A stretch of DNA of 64,000 nt from Monocercomonoides exilis PA203 (Eukaryota > Protista > Preaxostyla). Position 1 is the stretch's first letter. Each line of letters begins with the position of its first letter. The translations under genes were made by a program, and so were the position numbers. Location of the stretch: contig LSRY02000001.1 of NCBI GenBank assembly GCA_001643675.2, positions 1,364,001 to 1,428,000 of the forward strand. The letters run 5' to 3'. Shown piece after piece: positions 52,030 through 63,406 of this stretch. The notes below the pieces were generated by a model, which had not been told where the DNA came from, ran no database searches, and saw nothing but the letters and a program-made list of their open reading frames with translations.

Positions 52030-54307
52030 GGATTTAAAGAAGTTGGATTGGAAGAAGTAAACTGGGGAACACGACGGAATGGAGGGGTGGCTTGTTGAAG
52101 AGAGGTGGGTGTTGTGGATGGAGATGTTGGTGTGTGGATGGATGCAGAAGAAGCTGAATAAGGCCGACGAGAAGAAGAGGAGGAGGAGGAGGAAGAAGAA
52201 GAAGAAGACGGAGAAGAAGAGCGAGGCGAAGAAGGTGATTTCACAAAGGATGAGGTTGATGTTGTGTAGAATTTGGTTGGCTGGGGAGATGAAGGAGAAG
52301 AAGAGTGCAAAGTGTCTGGATGAGAAGATGAAAGTGATGAACTTCGATGAATGCTCTCTGCTGTGAAGTGAGAAGGTGACATTTGTGAAGGTGATGGGCT
52401 TTTCTTTCGGAATGAAGAAGATAAAGAAGAAGAAGATGATGATGATGTATCTTGTTTGGATGCTTGCTGAATATAATCAGAAAACTGAACATTTCCTTTT
52501 TCTGCTCCTTTTCCGATTTCTTCTTTGTGCTTCAAAAGTGCCTCTCTTCTTTTCTCTTCTCTGCGTTTTTCAAGCAATTTAAGTGTTTCTTCTCTTCTTT
52601 GCTGTTTCAATCGCATTTCTTCTTCTTCCTTGTCTTCTTCTTTTCTCTCTCTCTCTCTCTTCTCCTTTTGTCTTTGAGTCACACTCTCATTTCTATCGCT
52701 GCTATTCTTGTTGTATTCCTCCTCATCTGCTTTCAAACCTCTAATTCGACTTTGAATTTCCATTCTTTCTGATCCGCTGCCGCTGATATTCTGCATCATT
52801 TCCTCTTTCTCCTGCTCCTTTCGTGACTTCTCCTCATCCACTTCGATTTGCGGAGACAGCGAATTCATCGGATGCGCCATTCTCTCCTCAATTTTCTTTC
52901 TTCTGGATGAAATGTCGTCTTCTCCTTGTTTCCTCGCCTCGTCAAACACATCGCTGTCAGCACTGCGCCTGAGTACATGTGGCGATGTGGGATACACTGC
53001 AAAGGGAACACTGGGAGAAGAAGAGCCTGCAGATGGATTGTGAGCATCGTGTCTGTGCTTATTGGTGGTGGCAATGGCGTTGAATGATAATGAAGAGGAA
53101 GAGGAAGAAGAAGATGATGATGATTTGGATGATGAAGTTGTATTGTCATCATCAGAAAATGAACTTTCGTCGTCTGCTGTTTTCATTTTTGAAGGGGTGT
53201 TTGGTTCAGATAGCACTGAATTCGCACGAGGAGAGGAAGATGAAGTGCCAAAAGAAGAAATGGAAGAAGCAGGCAAAGAATGACGTGGAGAGAGTGTCAA
53301 CGAAAGAGACGAGAGAAATGATGCAACATTCTCCACTTCTGACTCGAATAGATGGTGCAAATTGACAGTCGCTGCAAAAAGCAGATCAAAACTCGATGAA
53401 AGACTCGAATACACCGCCTTCATTTCAGATGAGGGCCTGGATGATTGGCAAAGTGCCTTTAATTTGTCAGAAAATGCTGAAAGTTAATAGTCACAAGTTT
53501 TTCATAAATTTTCAGTTTCTTTTCAAAAAAAACGGCTCCCCAAACAAACCTTCAAAACAAATGTGCTGCAGACTTTGTCGTGCAACAAGGCATCGAAGTG
53601 TCTGGACCGCTCGTTCATGTGGATTATCTGAGAAACAGTATTTTGAAAACTGAACAATTATGCGACTAACTATTTAAAAAAACCTCTATCATTAGTTGCG
53701 TTGTTTAGAGATTCCACCACGGAAGCAACGTGCATTTCAAGAGACATTTCTTCTTGTATGCTCTCATCTTCTTCTGATTTTGTCAGTTTTTGCTTTTTTG
53801 GATATGCTTTTTCAATTGGTATTGAACAAATTGCCTCGTATAAACGATCAACTTCTTCAAATTCAGATCGCTGCAAATCAGCATCGCATTGGTCGTTCAT
53901 CACAAGAAGAGTTTCTGAATAATGTGTGTGCGATTTGTCAAAAAACATTAATATTTTCAAAAACTCAATATGAATTAATAAACAAGCAAACTATTTGGAC
54001 CTAAAATGACCCTAGTTAATGGATGTAGCACATTGCATGTAATGCGTTTTTCTACGTCTGAAAGCGAAGCTATTGGATTATTTGCGAGGTTTAACTCTTG
54101 AAGATGCTCTAGTTTCCTTAGATCTGGTAAATTTCGAATCAAATTCCCCTGAAGGTTAATAGAACGAAGAAACTGAAATTTAGATAGACGATCTATAAGA
54201 AAATCGAGAGTCGTTAGCCCAATATCAGGCAATTCAATATTTGTACTCGATTTATCGAGTGAATCAATATGTAATAAAAGGACATCCTCAACAGAATACT
54301 TCGACAT
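49951..54307 (-). CDS. Large multi-exon protein: N-terminal LRRs, Ser-rich/coiled-coil middle and C-terminal helical domain with a degenerate EF-hand-like end
   Basis: LRR consensus LRSINLQGNLIRNLPDLRKLEHLQELNLANNPI. GT-AG introns link ORFs 53975-54307, 53670-53960, 51462-53423, 50376-51383 and 49951-50430. The C-terminus includes IDPSASLRLTFSQCV. Confidence 0.7.
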
Positions 54308-54455
54308 ATATAACTATAAAAATAAAAAATATTTATAACACGATATTCCCCAATAAACCCAGAAATTGATGAAATATCTTTTCTATTTAAAAAAATGAGC
54401 CATAACATGATTTGAATAACCCATTGTTACTTCATAACGGTTGTTTGAGAAAAGA

Positions 54456-55132
54456 ATGGTGAGTGAATTTTTTGCTAATTGAAGTTCAATGATTTCAAAC
54501 ACGATTTTTATGTATTTATATAATTAATCGCATGAAATGTTTCAACTTTTTGGCAGTCTGAGGAATTGACAGAAGAACAAATTGCTGATTACCGCGAAGC
54601 TTTCTCTTTGTTTGATAAAGATGGAGATGGATTTATAACAACAAAAGAGCTTGGAACTGGTTTGATAATAATGTGTTTATTGCTTTTATTTTTGATCGTT
54701 TATTTTTCAGTGATGAGATCTCTTGGACAGACTCCAACTGAGCAAGAGCTGAAAGACATGATTGCTGATGTTGATGCTGACGGAAGCGGGACCATCGATT
54801 TTCCAGAATTTCTTGTAATGATGTCAAAACAATTGAGCAATGCTGATACTGAGGAACAACTCAAGGAAGCTTTCAAAGTTTTTGACAAAGATGGAAATGG
54901 ATTCATATCCGCCGAAGAATTAAGATCAGTCATGACAAGCCTCGGAGAAAAATTAACCCAACAGGAACTTGAAGAAATGATCAAGGAAGCCGGTTTGTTT
55001 TTTGTTTAATTTTATAACATTCCTCATAAAAATAATTGTTCTTTAAATAATTATAATTATTGAATATTAGACCTCAACGGAGATGGACAAATTGATTATA
55101 AAGAATTTGTGAAAATGATGATGTCTAAGTAA
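54456..55132 (+). CDS. CaM: Calmodulin, 4 exons
   Basis: M|[34 protein letters not shown]|[11 protein letters not shown]...[13 protein letters not shown]...[14 protein letters not shown]...EA|[20 protein letters not shown]. Introns 54459-54556, 54660-54710 and 54993-55070; four EF-hands. Confidence 0.96.
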
Positions 55133-55360
55133 TATTTCTATTAAATTATTTCTCATTGCTGCCTTTTGTTGATTATAAGGATATGCAAATGTTCATAATA
55201 TTTTCTTGCATATCAACTTCTTTTTGGTTTTCTTTCTGCTGTTTGTACAAATTATTGAAATAAAACAAAAGAAATATGTGTTATGATTTCATATGGACGC
55301 ATTGTTTGAATATTCTACTTGTTGCACATATTTTGAAGTGAAGTGAAGTGAAATGTTTAT

Positions 55361-57148
55361 TTACCAAGCTGATTTCTTTGTATTTGAAAGAGCCTTTAAT
55401 AATGGATCCGCAGTAAGCGCATTCATTACAACAAGCTTTGAATTTTGAGATTTTGAAGGCTTGGAGAAGACAGAGACTGTTGGATCTTGGGAATTAAGAG
55501 AATGAATTCGCTGAGACTTAGATGGCTTGGCGTCATCCGACTCCATGCTTTCGATGATTTTTTTCCCATAATCTTCAATAACAGGTTCTGATTCTTTTTG
55601 TTGAGCCTTCTTTTTGGATGCTTCTGTGACAAATACAGAAAGATCCATTGCTGGCTTTTCTTTAAACAGTTTTTCTTTCACATGTCCATCCTGCGGTACA
55701 TCGATTTTCCGTTGTTTGTTAACTTGCATCTCTTTTGAAACTCTCTCATTGCTTTTGTTAACATGTAGCCCTCTCAGATCTTTGGACTCTTTTTCGCTTG
55801 CTTCGTTTCTGCTGTGGCATTTCTTCGATCTTTCATTCATTTTGGTCAATCCCTCGGAATCGTCTCGTTCTGATTGGATTTTCTTTTTCGATTTCCCTTT
55901 TTGATTGTCTGCAAATGGCTCTTCGGACTTTTCGTTAGATATTCCTTCAGCGAGTATTTCTTTTCTTTCCTTTTTGAAGAGGGAAAAGGAAATAAATTGA
56001 ATGGAAAAAAATCAATTATTTAGAATTAATTTTTTAATTTCGTCAGTTCAAACCACTTTGGCATTGTCCAAAATTCTTAGATATGGAAAAAGTTTCACTA
56101 ATTGAATCTCGAAAGAAAGATATTCCGGCGAAACCCTTGCGGTTGAAAGAGCTGGCATTGTTGACTTCGATAATGAAGAGGAAGAAGCATGTGTTTCCGT
56201 TGGCAACATTCTTGATGATGTCAATGAAGCTGTTGAAGAATAATCGGGATGGAGAGGATTTCCTTTAAGAGAAAGGTTTATTGTTCTCGTAAAATGGGCA
56301 ATTAGAGGAAGCGCTCTACAAATGGAAATAGTAAATAAATAATAAAAATATAAATGATGATTTGAACTCTGAAAACGCAAACTTTGGAGTCAATTGGTTG
56401 TGTGAAAGATCAACAAACACAATTCTAGTGGGAAACGTGTTCATTCTTTCAAGTGTTGGCATTTCAAATATTTCATTATGTGCCAACCGTATTTCACACA
56501 ATTTAGGGCAAAGAGAAATGTCAGGAAACGAAGACAATTGGTTAAAAGAACATGAAAGTTTTGTCAAGCAAGGAAGAGATCCTAAAGATAAGCTTTTGAG
56601 CTGGTTATGAGAAAGACTGTATCATCCAAAAGTTTTGATTTTAAAAAATTGAAAATGGAAAAGAATGTTAAAATGCAAAAATTGCATACATCAATGAGTT
56701 AAGAGTGGGATGGGCTATATTTGGTAAAAGGGTAATATTGTTATTATTTATAATTAATGCTTGCAGAGAAGGCATTTTTTCCAAAAACGATGCTGGAATT
56801 GTAGTGATTTTATTGAAAGATAAATTCAAAACTGTAAACAAAACACAAAAAATAAAAAGAAAACAAAATTTTTCGACTTTTCGAACCTCTCAATTTAAAT
56901 GGAAAAAAATTGCACAAATTTGTTAAAAAATTGTGTGACAATTGTAAGAGAGTAAGTGGTGCTTTTACAGAATTTAAAATGATGTCTGCTTCGTCCGTTG
57001 TTAATTGATTTTCAGATAAATCGAGAATATGGAGTTTTGCCAATTCCTCTCGAGGAGTCACTTGTTCCAAAGGTCTTATAATATTTCCTTTTAAATCAAG
57101 TTTATCTGATGTTTTATCAGCAGATTCCAGTAAGTTGCGTAAAGTCAT
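55361..57148 (-). CDS. Leucine-rich repeat protein with charged C-terminal tail, multi-exon
   Basis: LxxLxLxxNxL repeats (LDLKGNII, LDLSENQL, LQLSHNFL, IRLAHNEI, VDLSHNQL, LSLKGNPL) and an LRR-cap-like LFPYLRILD. Confidence 0.8.
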
Positions 57149-60072
57149 TATAAGTTACAAACATCTAATATGGAACGATCTTTTGAAATACAGAATGTTC
57201 ACATTTTTTTTTCTTTTTGAAATCAATAACCATTCAACAAATGGTTAACAGTTTTTTTTTTTGGTTTCAAAAATTAATAAGTGCTTTTCAACAATTGACA
57301 ATTCACATTTTTAAATAATTTTTTTATCTTTTTTTTTAATATGAAACTGCGTTATTCAAAACGCTGCCTTATATAGTTATATCATTCATAAAACTTTTAT
57401 AATAATAATAATAACAACAAAAGATGAATTGCACAATTTTAGTGTTATTGTGAAATTTTAGAAATTTTTTGAAATTTTTATGTGTTATTTTGAAATAATC
57501 AAGTTATTTTGAAATTTTTCAGAAAAATTGAAAATATGGCAGTTATTTTTAGTTACACCAACAAATTTCTAATTAAAAATTTATTGTGGGAAAATCTGTA
57601 TTTTTCTCCTTCAAATTTTGGCAATCAAAAATAGCGGTTTTTTTAACATAAATATTATTAAATATGTTTTGAACAATTTTCAGAACATTTTACAACAAAA
57701 ATATGCAAAATCAATCATTTTTCGGATTTTTGTGACAATCGCAAAGGAAAAAAAATATTATTTAACGTTTAATACGTTATTGAAATGTTTCCATGAACAA
57801 TAAACGACTGTCATTATTCAAAACATTTAAAAATTTCTATAAAATGGTCTATTATTGCTGATTTACAAAAATCAACAAAATACATCAAATATCAAAAATG
57901 AGAGCAATTAAAATTCAAAAACATTTCAAATATTGATGTTTTGCACAATAATGAATATTTCATAGAGAAAAAAATGTGACAAGGCAGAAAACATGTCAAA
58001 AAAGTGAAGAAAAAATAAAGTTTCATTTTGGTTATATGTCCGCATAATGTGAAGCTGATGGGATTGACAAAATCATCCAAAGATAAAAGCAAATCTCGTT
58101 GCTTCTTCTTCTTCATCATCTTCTTCTCTAAATATTTTTCCTTATAGATATAAAACTCTTTTGAGCCATCTCTGTTTTCAATTTCACTGTCAATTTCCAT
58201 CCTTCACTTCTTCCTCCCTCAAAATTTTCTGAATCCCTATCCATTATTCTTCTTCCACTCAAATTCATGAACATACTCGATTCTGTATTGCAATGAAAAA
58301 TAGAAGATTCCATCCAAAGAATCCCTTCCCATCTCTTGTCGCTGAAAGACCTTCTTCTCTCATTTTTTTCCAAAACAACAACAATATCACCCCACCAAAT
58401 ATCACAACCTTTTTCCCAAAGTCTATTCCTCTTCACTCCTTGCTTCTTCTTCTCCAAGCACGTTTCTTCTTATCATTATTAAATATCTTCATCCTTTTTC
58501 TATCTCAAGCGCAAGACATCCTCTCATGGTTAGCCCCTCATCCTCTTCCATCCCTGTCGCACCTCTGTCTCCAAATCCCCAATGCAAAGTGTTGAACCTG
58601 TCATTCTTTCTTCCTTTCTTCCTCAGCCTCCACCTCCATCCCTTTCCCTGCAAATGAGAGGCGCGTCCAAATTGTCCTTTCAAAAAAAATTTAAAATATT
58701 AAAAAAAAATCTCTCACTTTTTTTTTCTTCAACTCCTCTTCTCTTTCTTACCAAACATACATCCGCAAAAACTCTCCCTCTTGATCCGCCTCATATGACT
58801 CCTCCCTCTCTCTGCATTTGAAAATAAAAAAACCATCCATTTTCCATTTCTCTCTACATCTCTCCATCTCTAATCTTCTCCTCCAATAAATATATTTTAT
58901 TAACCCCACTCATCTTAGTCACTTCTTATCTTCACTCTTATCCCACCTCTCAACAGCAAATCCCATTTCTTAAATAATAAACATGGCCTCCACACCTTCA
59001 AACTCACAAAAATCTCAAAAAAAAATCCCCTCAAAATCCCATCCCAATCCATTCCCCACGAATCCATTTTGCCTCTTTAACCTCATGAAAAAACCTTTTT
59101 CCAACAATACTCATCTTTTTATCGTTTAATTCCCCATCAAAACCCTGTTAATTCTAAATTTCGAAAATTCATCACCCTACACAATAAATCCATCCTTTAA
59201 TACACACGTTAACTTCCCATGCACATTCAACCACAATACAGAGCTGAGCCTTCTTTCATATTTTTGTAGAAAATATGTGATGGGCATGATCAAACAATAT
59301 CAAATGCTCAGAAACTATCAACGGAGGGGGATTCAGAAGTAAAAACAAAGATAGATTGATTAAGTGAATTTATTGCAGTGAAAAGGTTGGGTATGACAAA
59401 AGAATGTCTGTTTGATGAAAGATGAAATTGTTCATTTTGATTGATGGAATGCTGTGGAGCAACAACATTTTCGATGAAAATGTTAAAATTTTTATGTGTG
59501 GATTTTTATTGTTCTATTGATTGTGAAGATATTTCCATCCGTATCCTATCCTAAGTCGTGATTCAGACAAATTATTTAAAATGGACAATTTATTCCTTGC
59601 AGAGCAGAACAGCGAGGAAGCGAGACAAATGTTATTTTACAAATATTTTTGAGCCTGAATGTACTTAATTACAAATATTTATGTTTCTTATTTTGGACTC
59701 AACATGCGCGATGGATAGAAATACGATGAATCTGAATTATGCGGAACAGACAGCCTCTGAATGTGGAAAACTTGTGGACATAAGAGGTTTTATTTAATAT
59801 TACGATGATGATGAATAACTCTTTCCAAAGAAAAACATGAAACAGATATTTTGAAAGAAATAAATGAGAGAAAAAAATGAAGAAAAACGATGAAAAAAGG
59901 CTGAATAAGAAGTTTGAAAACAAACAAAAATGGAACTGCGCTTTAATTGAAGCAAGAACTTGGAAGAATTGAAGTTAAGAAACTGTGCTATTGAAGGACA
60001 TCATTGAAACCTGTTTTTATTATAATTGGCATTTTATAATCTCTTTTTTGGAATTAATCCTGCAAAAAAATA

Positions 60073-61252
60073 CAGTCAAAACCGGATATAATCACGTCGA
60101 ATATAATCACATTCGCCTATAGTCACATTTTTCGATGCACCGACATTTTTTTACTTGTTTTTAATTCATTTTTCATCGCATATAATCACAGGGATGAAAA
60201 TATATGGGGAAAAATATGGACTTTCAAGCTTTTTATGCACATCGCATGAAAAAATTGTTTCACTTATAACATTTTTAAACTTGACCAGATTTCATAATAA
60301 ATCTGATTTTCATATTAGCACACAAACGAAATTAACATAATAACATTATATTTTGTGATCTCAAACGAATTCATAAAAATGAACCAATTATGTTGAAAGT
60401 TTTTGATCACAAATAGTCTATCAAAAGTACATCATTTTTCAATGAAAATGCCTGAAGTCAAATATTTTGTCCCATATAATCACATTTTTAATTATAATGG
60501 GTGACATTTTTAATGAAAAATCGATTTTTTGATCAAAAATCTCAATTTTTCGAGTTTTCAAAAATGAGCTCAAACAAGTTAAAATAATATGCATTTTCGC
60601 AAAAAAATTAATTTCGCAAGTAAAAAATGCGTTTTAATGAAGAATTTACAAAAATGAAAAAATCGACCAAAAATTAATTTATTAATTAATTAATTAATTT
60701 TTATTTTTTTCTGTGAAAGGCAGCATCGTTTATTATCCCAATCGGATATACAGTCTAAACCGGATATAATCACATTGGTTTTTGCACAACTTTTTGTGAC
60801 TATATCCGATTGTGATAATACACGATGCTGCTTTACACAGAAAAAAATAAAAATTAATTTTTGAAATAATTTATTTTGGGTCGATTTTTTCATTTTTGAA
60901 AATTCTTCATAAAAACGCATTTTTCACTTGCGTAATTAATTTTTTGCGAAAATGCATATTATTTTAACTTATTTGAGCACATTTTTGAAAACGCGAAAAA
61001 TTGAGATTTTTGATCAAAAAATCGATTTTTCAATGAAAAAGTCACCCATTATAATTAAAAATGTGATTATATATTTTCATCCCTGTGATTATATGCGATG
61101 AAAAATGAATGAAAAACAAGCAAAAAATGTCGGTGCATCGAAAAATGTGACTATAGGCGAATGTGATTATATTCGACGTGATTATATCCGGTTTAGACTG
61201 TAGTCACAAAAAGTTGTGCAAAAACCGATGTGATTATATCCGGATTAGACTG
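60073..61252. mobile_element. Non-autonomous Tc1/mariner-type (TA|CAGT...ACTG|TA) MITE, copy A, about 728 bp, interrupted by copy B
   Basis: TA at 60071-72, then CAGTCAAAACCGGATATAATCAC; ends GTGATTATATCCGGATTAGACTG with TA at 61253-54. No transposase ORF. Confidence 0.85.
60751..61200 (-). mobile_element. MITE copy B (450 bp, internally deleted), inserted in reverse orientation inside copy A
   Basis: Own TIRs CAGTCTAAACCGGATATAATCAC / GTGATTATATCCGGTTTAGACTG, flanked by TA at 60749-50 and TA at 61201-02. The body is the diverged reverse complement of copy A. Confidence 0.85.
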
Positions 61253-61650
61253 TATTTGAAATTGTAATGAATATCGTTTATTGTGATTTTTTCCCAATAA
61301 TTTATCAAAAAACAGCAGTGTAAAGGTTTTGTTTGAATAATATTAATTAATCACAAAAAAATATTTTGAATAAGTCTTTTCAACAAATTTTAATTAAAAA
61401 AACAGCAGCGCATTTTTCGATAAAATGCTTTGAAAAACTTCATAAATATGCATAATATATTTTTTCACAGAAAAAATTTGTCCACCTGAGAAATTGAAAT
61501 ATTCCCCAAAAATTTCAAAATTTCCATTGACAATTTCAAAATTATAGGGTAATTTCAAAATAACCCAATAATTTTGAAATTTTTTTATCACAATGCATTT
61601 TAATGAGACAGGAAATTGATTCAATTCTTTAAACAACAGCATTATTCATG

Positions 61651-62656
61651 GGGTCAACTTTTTAATGGGATTTTTTTCTTTATTGGCACTTTTTTTGATT
61701 TTGCATGCCAATCATTCAAAAAAACTAGACAGACCTCAACACTCGGATGAGTGTGTTTATAAAACAAATACATAAAATTACTGGTTTGTTTTTCAAATTT
61801 TGTTTATTTTTCGTAGAGATACAGCAATTTTTTATTTATTTTGAAGTGACTTTTTTCAGCCGAAGAAGCGTTTCACAAAATTTTGAAATACATTTTTAAA
61901 AACTACTAGCATTTTCCTTTTTATTTTCAAAATCTGAAGTTTAACAACTTGTTTTTTCTTGATTTTTTCACATTTCATTTTTTTATCAACATTCGAACAT
62001 AAATTTGAAAATTTCTTTGTTATTAAAATGAAGCGCTAAAAATAAAAATATGATATGAAAAATGCACACTTTTATAAAGAAGTGTGAAAAAGGTTGAACA
62101 TTTGAATTTTCAATTTGCATCAAACAGGTGAACGGTCACAACATTGAATGATCTGAGATCAAACTTATTTAACTTAGATGTGTTTGATGCAAATTAAAAA
62201 TTCAAATGTTCAACCTTTTTCACACTTCTTTATAAAAGTGTGCATTTTTCATATCATATTTTTATTTTTAGCGCTTCATTTTAATAACAAAGAAATTTTC
62301 AAATTTATGTTCGAATGTTGATAAAAAAATGAAATGTGAAAAAATCAAGAAAAAACAAGTTGTTAAACTTCAGATTTTGAAAATAAAAAGGAAAATGCTA
62401 GTAGTTTTTAAAAATGTATTTCAAAATTTTGTGAAACGCTTCTTCGGCTGAAAAAAGTCACTTCAAAATAAATAAAAAATTGCTGTATCTCTACGAAAAA
62501 TAAACAAAATTTGAAAAACAAACCAGTAATTTTATGTATTTGTTTTATAAACACACTCATCCGAGTGTTGAGGTCTGTCTAGTTTTTTTGAATGATTGGC
62601 ATGCAAAATCAAAAAAAGTGCCAATAAAGAAAAAAATCCCATTAAAAAGTTGACCC
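61651..62656. repeat. About 1-kb near-perfect inverted repeat (foldback-like): 476-bp arms and 54-bp spacer
   Basis: 61651-62126 is the reverse complement of 62181-62656 (GGGTCAACTTTTT...AAAAAGTTGACCC). One mismatch noticed near the spacer. Confidence 0.93.
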
Positions 62657-63406
62657 TAAATGAAAAAAGAATGAATAAAAATATTTTTTCGAAGGAAAAG
62701 AAAATATTGAGACATTTCGATAAAGTTTGATTTTTCATCATTTATGTTTTTTTTAAAAAATGAAGATTTCACTTCTGACTTCAAAAAAGAAGAATGACCG
62801 TTCATAAAATATACAAACATTGAAAATAATAATGAATATAGACAATATGTGATGAACAAATTATCATTTAAAAAGAGTTGTTGTTTGAAAATAAAATGAG
62901 AGAAAAATGGTTGATTTGCAAATATGAACAGAATCATTGTTGAAGAGAGCAACGATATTACATAATATAAACATGGAATTACACAAAACGAAAAATGAAA
63001 AAATGATAAAATTTTTAAGGTGTTTCTCATTGCACTGAAAATTGAAAATGCTGATTATTCAAAATAAAAACACAGAAAAAGAAATGAATAACTAAAACCT
63101 TTCAAACATCACTGAAAAACAAAATTAAAATCAAAAATGAAACAGCTGTATTGATTTATGTTCTCGCCCTTCATGCAGAAGCGGATAAAAACTGAAAAAT
63201 ACGTCTGAATCGAACATTTAACCACTCTGATTTCATTTTTCGCTCCCTCATTTGAATGCACATCTTTCAAAATAAGCGTTGACTTGAAAGCATTCAAAGC
63301 ATCTTTCCCAGTGTGTTGACAAATGTTAACAATGCAAAGTAGTTCTTGCGATTGCATTAATGAAGCCAGAATATGGAACAACTGCTGCTCAAAGAACAAC
63401 TCAGTC

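Noticed and set aside
54456-54556. Calmodulin first exon coding only ATG
   Set aside because: A known, widespread calmodulin gene feature; not novel.
60155-63030. Small ORFs in the MITE and palindrome as possible transposases
   Set aside because: Too short, with no DDE or HTH motifs.
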